NCBI GenBank assembly: GCA_038248345.1
Contig: JBBRXO010000020.1
Coordinates: forward strand, 1 to 30,437
DNA length: 30,437 nucleotides
DNA from: Armatimonadota bacterium
GTDB taxonomy: Bacteria; Armatimonadota; Hebobacteria; CAIYQO01
Direction of reading: 5' to 3'
Shown in pieces: positions 18,394 to 28,038 of this stretch. A program made the position numbers and the translations under genes. Within the stretch, counting starts at the first letter, position 1. Each line of letters opens with the position of its first letter. A model generated the notes under the pieces. It was not told the origin of the DNA. It did no database searches and saw only the letters and a list, made by a program, of their open reading frames with translations.

Positions 18394-18420
18394 TAGGGGC
18401 AAGCTCGACGCCTGCCCCAC
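18394..18420. repeat. REP-like hairpin between purL and the oxidoreductase gene
   Basis: TAGGGGCAAGC-TCGAC-GCCTGCCCCAC; no U-tract in the direction of purL transcription. Confidence 0.55.
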
Positions 18421-18428
18421 ATTTTAGA

Positions 18429-20645
18429 TTAGTTTGCCATGGCGGTAAAGATCGGTTCGCTGTGCGCTGTGATAACTTCCGTCATAGGCAGGTCAATAAG
18501 TTTATTGCCAGCAACGGTGATGGCCAGGCGGTCGCCGCCAGTGGTGCCGATGACGCAGAAGGGAGCGCCGAATTCGACGGCCAACTGTTGCAACTCTTCC
18601 ACTTTATCCGCACTGCAAGAGATGACTATGCGAGACTGCGACTCGGCGAAAAGATCCATATCGGCTCGGCCTACTGTATCTAGTTTCACATCAGCACCCA
18701 AATTGCCCGCTAATGCTGACTCGGCGATAGTAACGGCAATTCCACCTTCGCTACAGTCATGCGCACTAGAGACCAGCCCACGTTTTATAGCCGCAAGCAC
18801 GCAGTTCTGCACGGACAACTCGGCTTGGAGGTTTAGCATTGGCGGCATCCCCGCTTCCATATTATGCTCAATCGCCAGATACTCACTACCGCCCAGCTCA
18901 GCTTTGGTAACGCCAAAGAGGGCAATCTGCTGACCTGCGGACTTGAAAGCCATGGTGGCATATTGCTCTACTTTCTCCAATACCCCTATCATACCAATGG
19001 TTGGCGTGGGGAAAATAGCAGCATCCGGGCCTTCGTTATAAAGACTGACGTTGCCGCTTACCACTGGCACCTGGAATGCACGACATGCATCAGCGATACC
19101 CTCAACGCCACGCTTCAGCTGCCAGAAACGATCCGCCTTTTCCGGCTTGCCGAAGTTGAGGCAATCGGTAACAGCGGCTGGGTCCGCCCCGACGCAAACC
19201 AAATTACGGGCGGCCTCGGCAACAGCTATCTGTGCACCGATGTAGGGATCGAGGTAACAATAGCGGCTGTTACAGTCGCTGGTCATGCCCAGCCCACGCT
19301 CGCTCCCCTTGATGCGAATAACAGCAGCATCGCCAGCGCCTGGAGGCACGACGGTGTTGGTTTGCACCATATGGTCATACTGTTGATATGCCCAGCGCTT
19401 ACTAGCAATGTTCGGCGTCGAGAGCAGGTTGAGTAGAACTTTATTATAATCTGAAGGCAATGGCAATCCGGTTAAATCAGTACTATTCAACGTCGCCAGC
19501 CACTCCGGCTCTTCAGCTGGCAAGTAATATACCGGGCCAGCAGCAAGTGACTCGGTGGGCAATTCGGCGACAATATCGCCATGGAAGCGAATGCGCAAGA
19601 TCTTCTCTTCGGTTACATGTCCAACGACTGCTGCATTCAGGTTCCACTTGGTGAACAGCGCGATTACTTCCTCTTCGCGTCCTTGTTTCGCCACCACTAA
19701 CATACGCTCCTGCGACTCGGACATCATGATCTCCCACGGCTCCATCCCGGCTTCGCGCATCGGGACGTGCATAAGGTCAATGTCCATGCCCACACCGCCG
19801 CTCTCGGCCATCTCGGCAGTGGTACAGGTGATGCCTGCCGCGCCCATGTCCTTGATGCCAACGATGGCGTCGCCTTGCAGAAGTTCCATACATGCTTCAA
19901 TGAGACACTTCTCAATAAAGGGATCGCCGACTTGCACGGTCGGACGTTTCTGATCATCTTCGCTGAACTCATGGCTCGCGAGGATGGAGCATCCGCCAAT
20001 ACCATCACGGCCAGTGCGATTCCCCACCACCATCACCGGGTTGCCCGGCCCCTTAGCTTTACTGGTGGCCATGTAGCGCGAATCGGCGATGCCGACGGCC
20101 ATGACGTTGACAAGACAGTTGTCACGGTAGGAGGGATGGAAGTAAATTTCGCCGCCCACAGTGGGAACGCCGACGCAATTGCCATAGAACTGAATGCCAT
20201 CCACCACACCATGCAGCAGTGCCTTAGTTTTCTCATTATCCAATGCACCAAAGCGCAGTGAATCGAGCAGCGCCACCGGGCGTGCACCCATGGTGAAAAT
20301 GTCGCGCAGGATGCCGCCGATTCCAGTAGCCGCACCTTGGCGCGGCTCTACCTGCGATGGGTGGTTGTGACTTTCCATTTTGAAGATCACATAGCAGTTG
20401 GTATCGATCTCGATGCCGCCTGCGTCTTCACCCTCGGCACGCGTGGGGTACTTGCCCGTTTTGGGAAAGAGCTTAAGTAGTGTTCGACTACGGGGATAAC
20501 CGCAGTGTTCAGACCACTCGACTGAATACATGGCCAGCTCAGTGCCGGACGGTTCACGTCCAAGGATACCGAGCACATTGTTGTATTCCTGCTCATTCAT
20601 GCCCAGTTCCAGGGCTACTTGTAGTTGTGAGGTTTCTTTTGCCAT
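18429..20645 (-). CDS. purL: Phosphoribosylformylglycinamidine synthase subunit PurL
   Basis: WSEHC; KMESHNHPS..EP.QGAATG.GGI.RDI..MGARP; DMGAAG; MMSESQERM; TDCLNFG.PE; SGNVSLYNE; HDCSEGG. ATG 20645 is preferred over GTG 20687. Confidence 0.97.
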   Translation of the reverse strand: MAKETSQLQVALELGMNEQEYNNVLGILGREPSGTELAMYSVEWSEHCGYPRSRTLLKLFPKTGKYPTRAEGEDAGGIEIDTNCYVIFKMESHNHPSQVEPRQGAATGIGGILRDIFTMGARPVALLDSLRFGALDNEKTKALLHGVVDGIQFYGNCVGVPTVGGEIYFHPSYRDNCLVNVMAVGIADSRYMATSKAKGPGNPVMVVGNRTGRDGIGGCSILASHEFSEDDQKRPTVQVGDPFIEKCLIEACMELLQGDAIVGIKDMGAAGITCTTAEMAESGGVGMDIDLMHVPMREAGMEPWEIMMSESQERMLVVAKQGREEEVIALFTKWNLNAAVVGHVTEEKILRIRFHGDIVAELPTESLAAGPVYYLPAEEPEWLATLNSTDLTGLPLPSDYNKVLLNLLSTPNIASKRWAYQQYDHMVQTNTVVPPGAGDAAVIRIKGSERGLGMTSDCNSRYCYLDPYIGAQIAVAEAARNLVCVGADPAAVTDCLNFGKPEKADRFWQLKRGVEGIADACRAFQVPVVSGNVSLYNEGPDAAIFPTPTIGMIGVLEKVEQYATMAFKSAGQQIALFGVTKAELGGSEYLAIEHNMEAGMPPMLNLQAELSVQNCVLAAIKRGLVSSAHDCSEGGIAVTIAESALAGNLGADVKLDTVGRADMDLFAESQSRIVISCSADKVEELQQLAVEFGAPFCVIGTTGGDRLAITVAGNKLIDLPMTEVITAHSEPIFTAMAN

Positions 20646-20699
20646 CAGTTTCTCTCGATCCTTATTGTCATCGTGGGGATTACCCACGGTTTGTGGTCG

Positions 20700-21185
20700 T
20701 TACGACTTCGTATGGGAGGACTTCTTATATTGCTGCCAAAGATTTTCTATCCGTTCCACGTGTCCTTCGGTGGCTCTTCGCAAGCGGTTTAATAACTCTC
20801 CTACTTCCGTGGCATCAGTAGCAAAGGTTTGGTGGAAACTAGATTCAGCGAGTGTGCCCTCTAAGTCTAGTGCCACCCCAAGTGTCATCAGCGGGGTTAG
20901 CTTTCCCTTCTTAGCATCAACTAGTAATTCGTCAATATAGGTCTGGAAGGTATGCAATGTCTCCAATGGGAATCTGTCATCCACAATTGATACCTTCCCC
21001 GCCTGGTATAGCTCAGATAAAGCGCGTACCCAGGAGGCATGGTGCAACTCTTCGACAGATATCGCCTTCCAAAATACATCTAATTCTGGTGTTGCTTGTG
21101 CATAGGAGGCATAAATATCCGCGATTTTCTCTTCAATTACCGCTAACTGTTCTATACCTATGGAATTACTATCGACTTCACTCAA
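20700..21185 (-). CDS. Ferritin-like (rubrerythrin-type) four-helix-bundle protein
   Basis: Candidate di-iron ligand pattern IEEKIADIY ... EELHHA ... DLE ... TEGHVERI; TTG start. Confidence 0.7.
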   Translation of the reverse strand: MSEVDSNSIGIEQLAVIEEKIADIYASYAQATPELDVFWKAISVEELHHASWVRALSELYQAGKVSIVDDRFPLETLHTFQTYIDELLVDAKKGKLTPLMTLGVALDLEGTLAESSFHQTFATDATEVGELLNRLRRATEGHVERIENLWQQYKKSSHTKS

Positions 21186-21198
21186 AATGAACCCCCAA

Positions 21199-21918
21199 TT
21201 AGCGTAATCCCCGCATGCTGATTGCTTGGATGTGCAGACTCTCTACCAGACTTTTAAAGAGCTTCTTTCCATCAGTGCCACCCAGCAAACGATCACAGAC
21301 TCGCTCCGGGTGTGGCATCATCCCTAGTACGTTGCCACGCTCGTTGCAGATTCCAGCGATATTGTTCAGTGAGCCATTTGGATTTTCATCAGCAGTCACA
21401 TTGCCCGCTGCATCACAATAGCGGAAGACAATCTGATTGTTGTCTTCCAGCTTCTTCAGTGTCTCGGCATCGGCAAAGTAGCGCCCTTCGCCATGTGCGA
21501 TAGGAAAGCTAACCACCTGTTTTGCTTCATAAAAATGAGTGAACGGTAAATCAACCCGCTCAATTCGTAAATACTGAGGTTTGCAGATAAACTGTAAGTG
21601 GTCATTGCGATATAACGCACCTGGTAGCAGGCCCGCTTCGGTGAGTACCTGAAATCCATTACAGATGCCAACAACATATTTGCCCATGGCGGCATGTTCC
21701 ACTACTGACTTCATCACTGGTGAAAAGCGCGCAACGGCACCGCAACGCAGATAATCACCATAGGAGAAACCACCCGGAAGGATAACGCAGTCGAGGTCGG
21801 AGATATCGGTATCTTCATGCCAGACATCACGAACTTCCATGCCAGTAACAGTAGCGATAGCGTGGTGGCAGTCTGCATCACAGTTTGAACCAGGAAATAC
21901 TACGACACCGAACTTCAT
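21199..21918 (-). CDS. purQ: Phosphoribosylformylglycinamidine synthase subunit PurQ
   Basis: [51 protein letters not shown]. Confidence 0.98.
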   Translation of the reverse strand: MKFGVVVFPGSNCDADCHHAIATVTGMEVRDVWHEDTDISDLDCVILPGGFSYGDYLRCGAVARFSPVMKSVVEHAAMGKYVVGICNGFQVLTEAGLLPGALYRNDHLQFICKPQYLRIERVDLPFTHFYEAKQVVSFPIAHGEGRYFADAETLKKLEDNNQIVFRYCDAAGNVTADENPNGSLNNIAGICNERGNVLGMMPHPERVCDRLLGGTDGKKLFKSLVESLHIQAISMRGLR

Positions 21919-22178
21919 GCTGCTACCTCTAAAGACGTTACCTGAATGTCAAATTGTTCAATAACCTGATTGGCCAACAGTTCAACGCACATCTCGTCGG
22001 CCATTGATTTAGCGGTATCTTCACAACACGCCTCGATCTCCATGGTGACGAACTTTCCAATTCGTACATTGGAGACGCTCTCATGGCCCATCTTGTGTAA
22101 CGCACGCTCAATGGTCGTCCCCTGCGCATCCATCACCGTGGGCTTGAGAGTAATCTCGATATTTACATGGTAAAGCAC
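21915..22178 (-). CDS. purS: Phosphoribosylformylglycinamidine synthase subunit PurS
   Basis: [13 protein letters not shown]...G...V..VRIGK...MC..LLAN.VIE. GAGGAG RBS; ATGA overlap with purQ. Confidence 0.96.
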   Translation of the reverse strand: MLYHVNIEITLKPTVMDAQGTTIERALHKMGHESVSNVRIGKFVTMEIEACCEDTAKSMADEMCVELLANQVIEQFDIQVTSLEVAA

Positions 22179-22202
22179 TATTCGCTCCTCTTTATTTCAA
22201 TT

Positions 22203-22226
22203 TAGGTGCGCACTACGCGCTCCTAC
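22203..22226. repeat. GTAG-type REP-like hairpin between the LiaF-like gene and purS
   Basis: The minus strand reads GTAGGAGCGC-GTAGT-GCGCACCTA (9-bp arms with one mismatch). Confidence 0.45.
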
Positions 22227-22975
22227 TAGTTGGTAAATTCTACTGAGCTCATTATGGCGGAAGCACAGACACGGAGTTCCGGACGCCCAGCCTCATACTG
22301 AACAATCTGCTTAGTGTTATTCTCAATACTGGCGAAGAGGGGTTTCCCCTCGGTCTTAATTAGCATATGTTCTGGTACTCGTAACCGTACAGAACCAAAT
22401 ATTACCATTATCTGCAATGTAGCACCGGCATTATCAAGCATAGCCCCACGCAGGTCCATCTCATAATCCCCGATAATGGCGATGATATTGCCGCCATGGA
22501 ATTTCTGTGATTCATTTTTAAAGAACATGCCCGACAACACGACCCTGTCATGTAGCTCATGTTCAAAGCGTACCGGAGTAGCAGTACCTTTACTTGAACC
22601 ATAATTAGTATCTTTCGCGCTTCGCTCCCGCTTCTCTTCACTGGGGAGCATAATACGTATTCCTATCAAAACTGCCAATATTGCCGTGACAATTATCAAT
22701 TTATGCTCTAATGGTCCCAGGTCAGGGGAATCATTTCGGATCAATAAGGTAGCCCGCACTAGTACAATTAAACTGGCGCCAATAATCGTCAAAGCACTCC
22801 AAGGTTTGGCAGGATTAACAATTAACTGGTTAATACCAATGAGCATGATGAATGCCGGCCATTCCCACCCGAGTATTACAAACAAGGTTATCATGGAAAT
22901 GATGTGAGCATATTCCAACAAAAAACTAATTGCCAGAATTACCATCATTAAGCCAAATAAAAAACGCCAAGACAT
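22226..22975 (-). CDS. LiaF-like membrane protein (4 TM plus DUF2154-like C-terminal domain)
   Basis: Four N-terminal hydrophobic segments including WP..I..IGI; C-terminal F.GG.I.AIIGD.E.DLRGA....A.L.I..IFGSV.L.VP. GAGGAG RBS. Confidence 0.78.
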   Translation of the reverse strand: MSWRFLFGLMMVILAISFLLEYAHIISMITLFVILGWEWPAFIMLIGINQLIVNPAKPWSALTIIGASLIVLVRATLLIRNDSPDLGPLEHKLIIVTAILAVLIGIRIMLPSEEKRERSAKDTNYGSSKGTATPVRFEHELHDRVVLSGMFFKNESQKFHGGNIIAIIGDYEMDLRGAMLDNAGATLQIMVIFGSVRLRVPEHMLIKTEGKPLFASIENNTKQIVQYEAGRPELRVCASAIMSSVEFTN

Positions 22976-23039
22976 AGCTGCTCCTCATTATTCTGATAAA
23001 GTTGGTCATCATGACATCTGATTAACGTTGTTGCGCAAG

Positions 23040-24404
23040 TTAGATGTTCAGCCGCTGATAAAAGACATCAATATGTTTCAAATGCGTTTGCCAGGCAAAG
23101 GCAGTGTCTATTTCCGCCGACGTAAGAAATTTACTTAACTCCACATCTGCTTTCAGCTGGGTTGGATAATAGGTCGCCAGTTCATCGGCAGCCAATTCAT
23201 CTTCTTGAATTTTCGCCCAGGTATCCATAGCATGACTCTGAACAGCAGTGTAGGCCTCATCTTTGCCCATCCCATTTTTTACCGCGGCTAACATCACCGC
23301 TTCACTATTGAAGAGGCCACCGGTGGCATTCAGGTTCTTCAGCATACGTTTCTCATATATGTACATACCCTTCACTACACTGGTGAATTTCTTTAGCATA
23401 TAATCAATCAGAATGCAGGAGTCCGGAATAATGACTCGCTCAACTGAGGAGTGAGCGATGTCACGCTCATGCCATAGGGCCATATTTTCAATTGCCGGTA
23501 TCAGGTTACCCCGAAGCAGGCGCGCCATCCCTGAGACCCGCTCGCAGACAATAGGGTTGCGCTTGTGCGGCATTGCTGATGATCCGCGTTGTCCGGCTTG
23601 GAAGGATTCTTCGACTTCCAGAATATCAGTTCGCTGTAAATTCCGTATCTCGGTGGAGAATTGCTCCAGACTACCCGCAAGCACGGCTAGTGCCGCCAAA
23701 AATTCTGCATGACGATCGCGTTGTAACACCTGGGTGGCAGCGGGTGAAGGGGTCAACCCGAGATTCGCAGCTACCCTCTCTTCCACTTTAGGATCAACAT
23801 TAGCGAAGGTACCAACGGCTCCAGATATTTTGCAGGCGCTAATGGTCTTAACTGCGTTTTCAAACATCGTGCGACGACGGCGGAGCTCACCCAGCCAGAC
23901 ACACAATTTAAGTCCGAAGGTTATAGGCTCAGCATGCACGCCATGACTTCTGCCGATCATATAAGTCCACTTATGTTCTTGGGCACGCTCAATTATGGCT
24001 GCTTCTAACTCGTCCATATCAGCGAGAATGATTTTTGCTGCGTTCACCATTAACATGGAAAGGGCAGTATCTTCGATATCGTAAGAAGTGACGCCATAGT
24101 GCAACCACTTTTTCTCTTCGCCCAGATGTTCGTAGACAGCATGGAGAAAAGCGATGAGGTCATGGCGAGTACGCTTTTGCTCTTTGCCTTCCGCTTCTTT
24201 CCCAGGTGTTTCGCCTTCCAATTCAATAGCACGCTGTGCATCTACACAGGCGTTTTTGCGCAGTGCAAGTGCTGCCTCACGGGGAACCACGCCCAGCTCA
24301 GCCCATGCTTCGGCTATCTGTAATTCAACTTCTAACCATGCGTCGTAACGACTTTGCGGCTCCCAGAGAGCCTTCATCGCAGGGTAACTATATCTTTCGA
24401 TCAT
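23040..24404 (-). CDS. purB: Adenylosuccinate lyase
   Basis: MIERYS; TRHD; HYGVTSYDI.DTA; GRSHGVHAEPITFG.K; GSSAMPHKRNP; LWHERDI.HSSVER. Confidence 0.98.
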   Translation of the reverse strand: MIERYSYPAMKALWEPQSRYDAWLEVELQIAEAWAELGVVPREAALALRKNACVDAQRAIELEGETPGKEAEGKEQKRTRHDLIAFLHAVYEHLGEEKKWLHYGVTSYDIEDTALSMLMVNAAKIILADMDELEAAIIERAQEHKWTYMIGRSHGVHAEPITFGLKLCVWLGELRRRRTMFENAVKTISACKISGAVGTFANVDPKVEERVAANLGLTPSPAATQVLQRDRHAEFLAALAVLAGSLEQFSTEIRNLQRTDILEVEESFQAGQRGSSAMPHKRNPIVCERVSGMARLLRGNLIPAIENMALWHERDIAHSSVERVIIPDSCILIDYMLKKFTSVVKGMYIYEKRMLKNLNATGGLFNSEAVMLAAVKNGMGKDEAYTAVQSHAMDTWAKIQEDELAADELATYYPTQLKADVELSKFLTSAEIDTAFAWQTHLKHIDVFYQRLNI

Positions 24405-24483
24405 GCTATTGTTGTTCCTTACCTATCATCTCAGGTTATATCTTCCACATATTGTGGTGACGTTCCTCTTGTTACATCGGCGC

Positions 24484-27400
24484 TTATTTTTTATTCATGC
24501 AGCATTGTTTGAACTTCTTCCCACTTCCGCATGGACAAAGGTCATTCCTGCCGACATTGGCATGGGCGACACGATCCCCACCTTTGAGGGCTGCTGCTTC
24601 TTCATCACTTCTATTTGCCGAAACTTGTCGTGCACGGGCGGCCTGCTGCTGGTGCTGCTCTTCTTCGGAGATAAGCCGCAGGCGTAAGATACTATGGGCG
24701 ATCTCTTCTTGAATATCGGCCATAAGCTCACTCCACATTCCCGCCGATTCTTTACTATATGCTACCAGTGGATCTGTCTGCTCGTATCCACGCAGACCGA
24801 TACCATCGCGTAGGAAATCCATCGCATCCAGGTGACGCATCCACTTTGAGTCCACTACCCGTAATATTACCAGACGTTCCAGCAGGCGCATATTCTCTTC
24901 ACCCTGAGAAGTTTCGTGTGCCTCATAAGCTTCTTCCAGGCGTGTCATGATCCCATCCAGCAATTCTTCCTGCCGCTTGAATTGTTTCATTCCATCAAAA
25001 TAGTTCTGGAAGATGCGTGCGCGGTGCATGGTTTCTAACGCTGGAACGCTTGGTCCCTGACGCATTTCTACCGGTGAGAAATAAAGCGGAAGTTCCGGAC
25101 ATAACTCCAACAGGGTGTGCCCCAGTTTATCGATATTCCATTCGGTCACTGGCAACGCTTCTGGCGCATGTTCGATGACGCGTTTCTGTGCGGCCGTTTC
25201 CAATGCGCCCATTGCGGTTGCGCGCATATTAGCGCCTTCCAGCACCTGCCGGCGTTGTTCGTAAATGACGGTTCGATGTTTATTCATCACGTCATCATAT
25301 TTCAGCGTATTCTCGCGCTGTTCAAAGTTGTGGCCTTCAACTTTCTTTTGCGCTGTCTCAATCTGCTTACTGATAAGCCCGATGGCAATGGACTCGCTCT
25401 CATCCCAATTGTTATAGAGGAAGGCGATACGCTCAGGGCCGAAAAGGCGCATAAGCTCATCCTGCATTGAGACGAAGAAGCGTGAGGAACCGGGATCGCC
25501 CTGCCGTCCAGAACGTCCGCGAAGCTGGTTGTCGATACGGCGGCTCTCATGCCGCTCGGTACCCACGATTGCCAAACCACCTTGCGACACCACCAGCTCA
25601 CGGTCGCGCATACAGCGACTGCGGGCCTCATGCAATGCCTTATCTTTCACCTCATCGGTAACTTCATCCTGATTGAATTCCCATTCTTCAATGATATCGT
25701 CAACCATCTCATTTGGGTTACCACCCAGCATGATGTCCACACCACGGCCCGCCATATTTGTCGCGATAGTTACGGCTCCCGGGCGGCCAGCCTGGGCAAC
25801 GATATGGGCTTCCTTCTCATGATACTTGGCATTCAAAATGTTATGCGGGATACCACGTGCTAACAAGTCGGCCAACTGATCGTGCGCTGTTTTAAGATCA
25901 ATGATGTCGGCCAGACGGCGGACATTATCCGGGTCTGTTGCCTTCGCCGGCAGCCCACAGACTTCCATCAGCTTTCCTATGCGGTCATTTTGCACCAGTT
26001 CCAAGCGCTGATAGCAGATAATCTCACCAATTCGACGTGCGTCATTGGAGGATATCTCGCCGATATTCTTAACTTTCTCGGCTAACGCGATAATCTCGTT
26101 ATCCAAGCCCTCCGCGCGTTCCAGCCGCATTTCAATCTGGCGAATCTCTTCCGGTTGTACCAGGCGAATAGAATTTGGTGTCTGGTAGCTGTAGAGCTTT
26201 TCCAGCGTCTTCTGCAGATGTTCTCGCTCACGTTTGGTATCTACCATGCGTAATTTTAGGATGGCAGCAAATTCAACGCGTTGTTTCTCATTAATCTTCC
26301 GTAAGCCCACAATCTCCTGATGCAAGATGGAGGCTAACGCGAAGGATTGGAGTAAGTCCGCTTTCAGGCGTTCGCTTACCCGCTCGGAGAATTCTACGGA
26401 ACGTGTGCCGACCAGCACTGGCTGATGCCTGCTTTCGCATTGCAGAATTTCTCCGATGATACCACGGAGCTTGGCCTCTTCTGACTTATAAACCGTATCG
26501 GGAAAATCCTTACGCGATACGGGGCGGTTGGTGGGAATAACCGCAACCGGCAAGCCGTAGATTTTGATAAACTCCTGCTCTTCGGTCTTGGCAGTACCGG
26601 TCATGCCGGAAAGTTTTTTGTAGAGGCGGAAGAAATTCTGGAAGGTGATAGTAGCGATAGTCATGCTCTCGCGCTCTACCTTCACCCCTTCTTTTGCTTC
26701 AATCGCCTGATGTAGACCTTCCGAGAAGCGGCGCCCATACATCAAACGGCCAGTGAACTCATCGACGATAATCACTTCGCCATCTTTTACCAGATAGTCT
26801 TTATCGCGTTGATAACAGGCGTGAGCACGAACAGAAGAGGTTACATGCTGGAATAGTTCCAGGTTCTCCGGGTCAGCGATATTCTCCACACCCAGTGCAC
26901 GCTCAACTCTAGCCAGACCATCTTCTGTCAACGAGGCATTTTTGCCCTTTTCGTCGTTGATATAATCCACTTCGTTTTTTAGCTCGCGAATGATTCGATC
27001 GACTTTTACATACAATTCGGAAGGTTTCTCACCCGGGCCGGAAAGAATGAGCGGGGTGCGAGCTTCATCGACGAGGATGTTGTCGACCTCGTCTACGATG
27101 GCAAAATTCAGCTCATGTTGCGCCAGTTGTGACATATCCATAGCAATATTATCGCGTAGATAGTCGAAGCCGATCTCGTTATTGGTGGTATAGAGGATAT
27201 CAACCTGATAAGAATCCTGGCGTGATACCGGACGTAGCGGCAATCCGGGGATACCATCTGGTTCAGTATAAGTAGGATCATAGAGATATGACGGTAATTT
27301 TCCGTCACCTTTACTCGATTGGGTGATAGCGGTCGTCATACCGAGGAAGCTATAGAGCTCCCCCATTACGGTTCCCTGATATCTAACGAGGAAATCGTTT

Positions 27401-27936
27401 ACGGTTACCAGGTGCGCCCCTTTGCCCTCCAGCGCATTAAGATAAAGCGGAGCAGCGGCCACCAGCGTCTTGCCTTCACCAGTCTTCATTTCAGCGATCA
27501 TACCGCGGTGGAGCATAATGCCGCCGATGAGCTGTACGTCAAATGGTTCCATGTACCGCTCAATGGTAAATTTCTTCCCGGCAGTCTTCAATTCGGCTTC
27601 GGTAGCATCACGCTGATCTTCGGATACCAATATTTCATCGAGAGCACTGGTTCCAACTGCTTGCTTCAGGCCAGCACGATCAACCCAGAACCGATACTGT
27701 CGCCGGCCCAATACGCGCCAAGCGGCTTCACGCACAACTGCAAACGCTTCTACCAGCAGTTCGTCAAGTGTCGTGCCAGCTGCCAAACGGCTACGGAACT
27801 CGTCTGTTTTGGCGCGCAATTCATCGTCGCCGAGGGCAGCCATCTTCAGACGGAGTGCACTGATATTAGCGACTGTCTTCCTGGAACGGTCGACGTCTCT
27901 CTTTGTATGATCGAAAAGCGAAGCAAGAAATGCCAC
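24484..27936 (-). CDS. secA: Preprotein translocase subunit SecA with large insertions (~1150 aa)
   Basis: FDVQLIGG; Walker [91 protein letters not shown] before GTG 27936. Confidence 0.97.
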   Translation of the reverse strand: MAFLASLFDHTKRDVDRSRKTVANISALRLKMAALGDDELRAKTDEFRSRLAAGTTLDELLVEAFAVVREAAWRVLGRRQYRFWVDRAGLKQAVGTSALDEILVSEDQRDATEAELKTAGKKFTIERYMEPFDVQLIGGIMLHRGMIAEMKTGEGKTLVAAAPLYLNALEGKGAHLVTVNDFLVRYQGTVMGELYSFLGMTTAITQSSKGDGKLPSYLYDPTYTEPDGIPGLPLRPVSRQDSYQVDILYTTNNEIGFDYLRDNIAMDMSQLAQHELNFAIVDEVDNILVDEARTPLILSGPGEKPSELYVKVDRIIRELKNEVDYINDEKGKNASLTEDGLARVERALGVENIADPENLELFQHVTSSVRAHACYQRDKDYLVKDGEVIIVDEFTGRLMYGRRFSEGLHQAIEAKEGVKVERESMTIATITFQNFFRLYKKLSGMTGTAKTEEQEFIKIYGLPVAVIPTNRPVSRKDFPDTVYKSEEAKLRGIIGEILQCESRHQPVLVGTRSVEFSERVSERLKADLLQSFALASILHQEIVGLRKINEKQRVEFAAILKLRMVDTKREREHLQKTLEKLYSYQTPNSIRLVQPEEIRQIEMRLERAEGLDNEIIALAEKVKNIGEISSNDARRIGEIICYQRLELVQNDRIGKLMEVCGLPAKATDPDNVRRLADIIDLKTAHDQLADLLARGIPHNILNAKYHEKEAHIVAQAGRPGAVTIATNMAGRGVDIMLGGNPNEMVDDIIEEWEFNQDEVTDEVKDKALHEARSRCMRDRELVVSQGGLAIVGTERHESRRIDNQLRGRSGRQGDPGSSRFFVSMQDELMRLFGPERIAFLYNNWDESESIAIGLISKQIETAQKKVEGHNFEQRENTLKYDDVMNKHRTVIYEQRRQVLEGANMRATAMGALETAAQKRVIEHAPEALPVTEWNIDKLGHTLLELCPELPLYFSPVEMRQGPSVPALETMHRARIFQNYFDGMKQFKRQEELLDGIMTRLEEAYEAHETSQGEENMRLLERLVILRVVDSKWMRHLDAMDFLRDGIGLRGYEQTDPLVAYSKESAGMWSELMADIQEEIAHSILRLRLISEEEQHQQQAARARQVSANRSDEEAAALKGGDRVAHANVGRNDLCPCGSGKKFKQCCMNKK

Positions 27937-27985
27937 GATATTAATCCTTTTCTGAAGGCAATTTTGAGCGCACACGCGCAAAGCT

Positions 27986-27994
27986 ATTATACCA
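27986..27994 (-). promoter_or_regulatory. Extended -10 promoter element upstream of secA
   Basis: Minus strand TGGTATAAT about 50 nt upstream of the GTG start. Confidence 0.55.
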
Positions 27995-28038
27995 TACAAT
28001 GGGAGCAGGAGGAATTACCTGCGCATTTCTGCCGTAAA

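Noticed and set aside
24405..24483. Purine or ZMP/ZTP riboswitch upstream of purB
   Set aside because: The region is only 79 bp with a 4-bp CCAC/GTGG stem, and the conserved cores of those riboswitches are not present.
25855..27705. SecA insertions as inteins or introns
   Set aside because: There is no Cys/Ser start, His-Asn end or LAGLIDADG motif, and the frame stays open with ordinary protein-like sequence.
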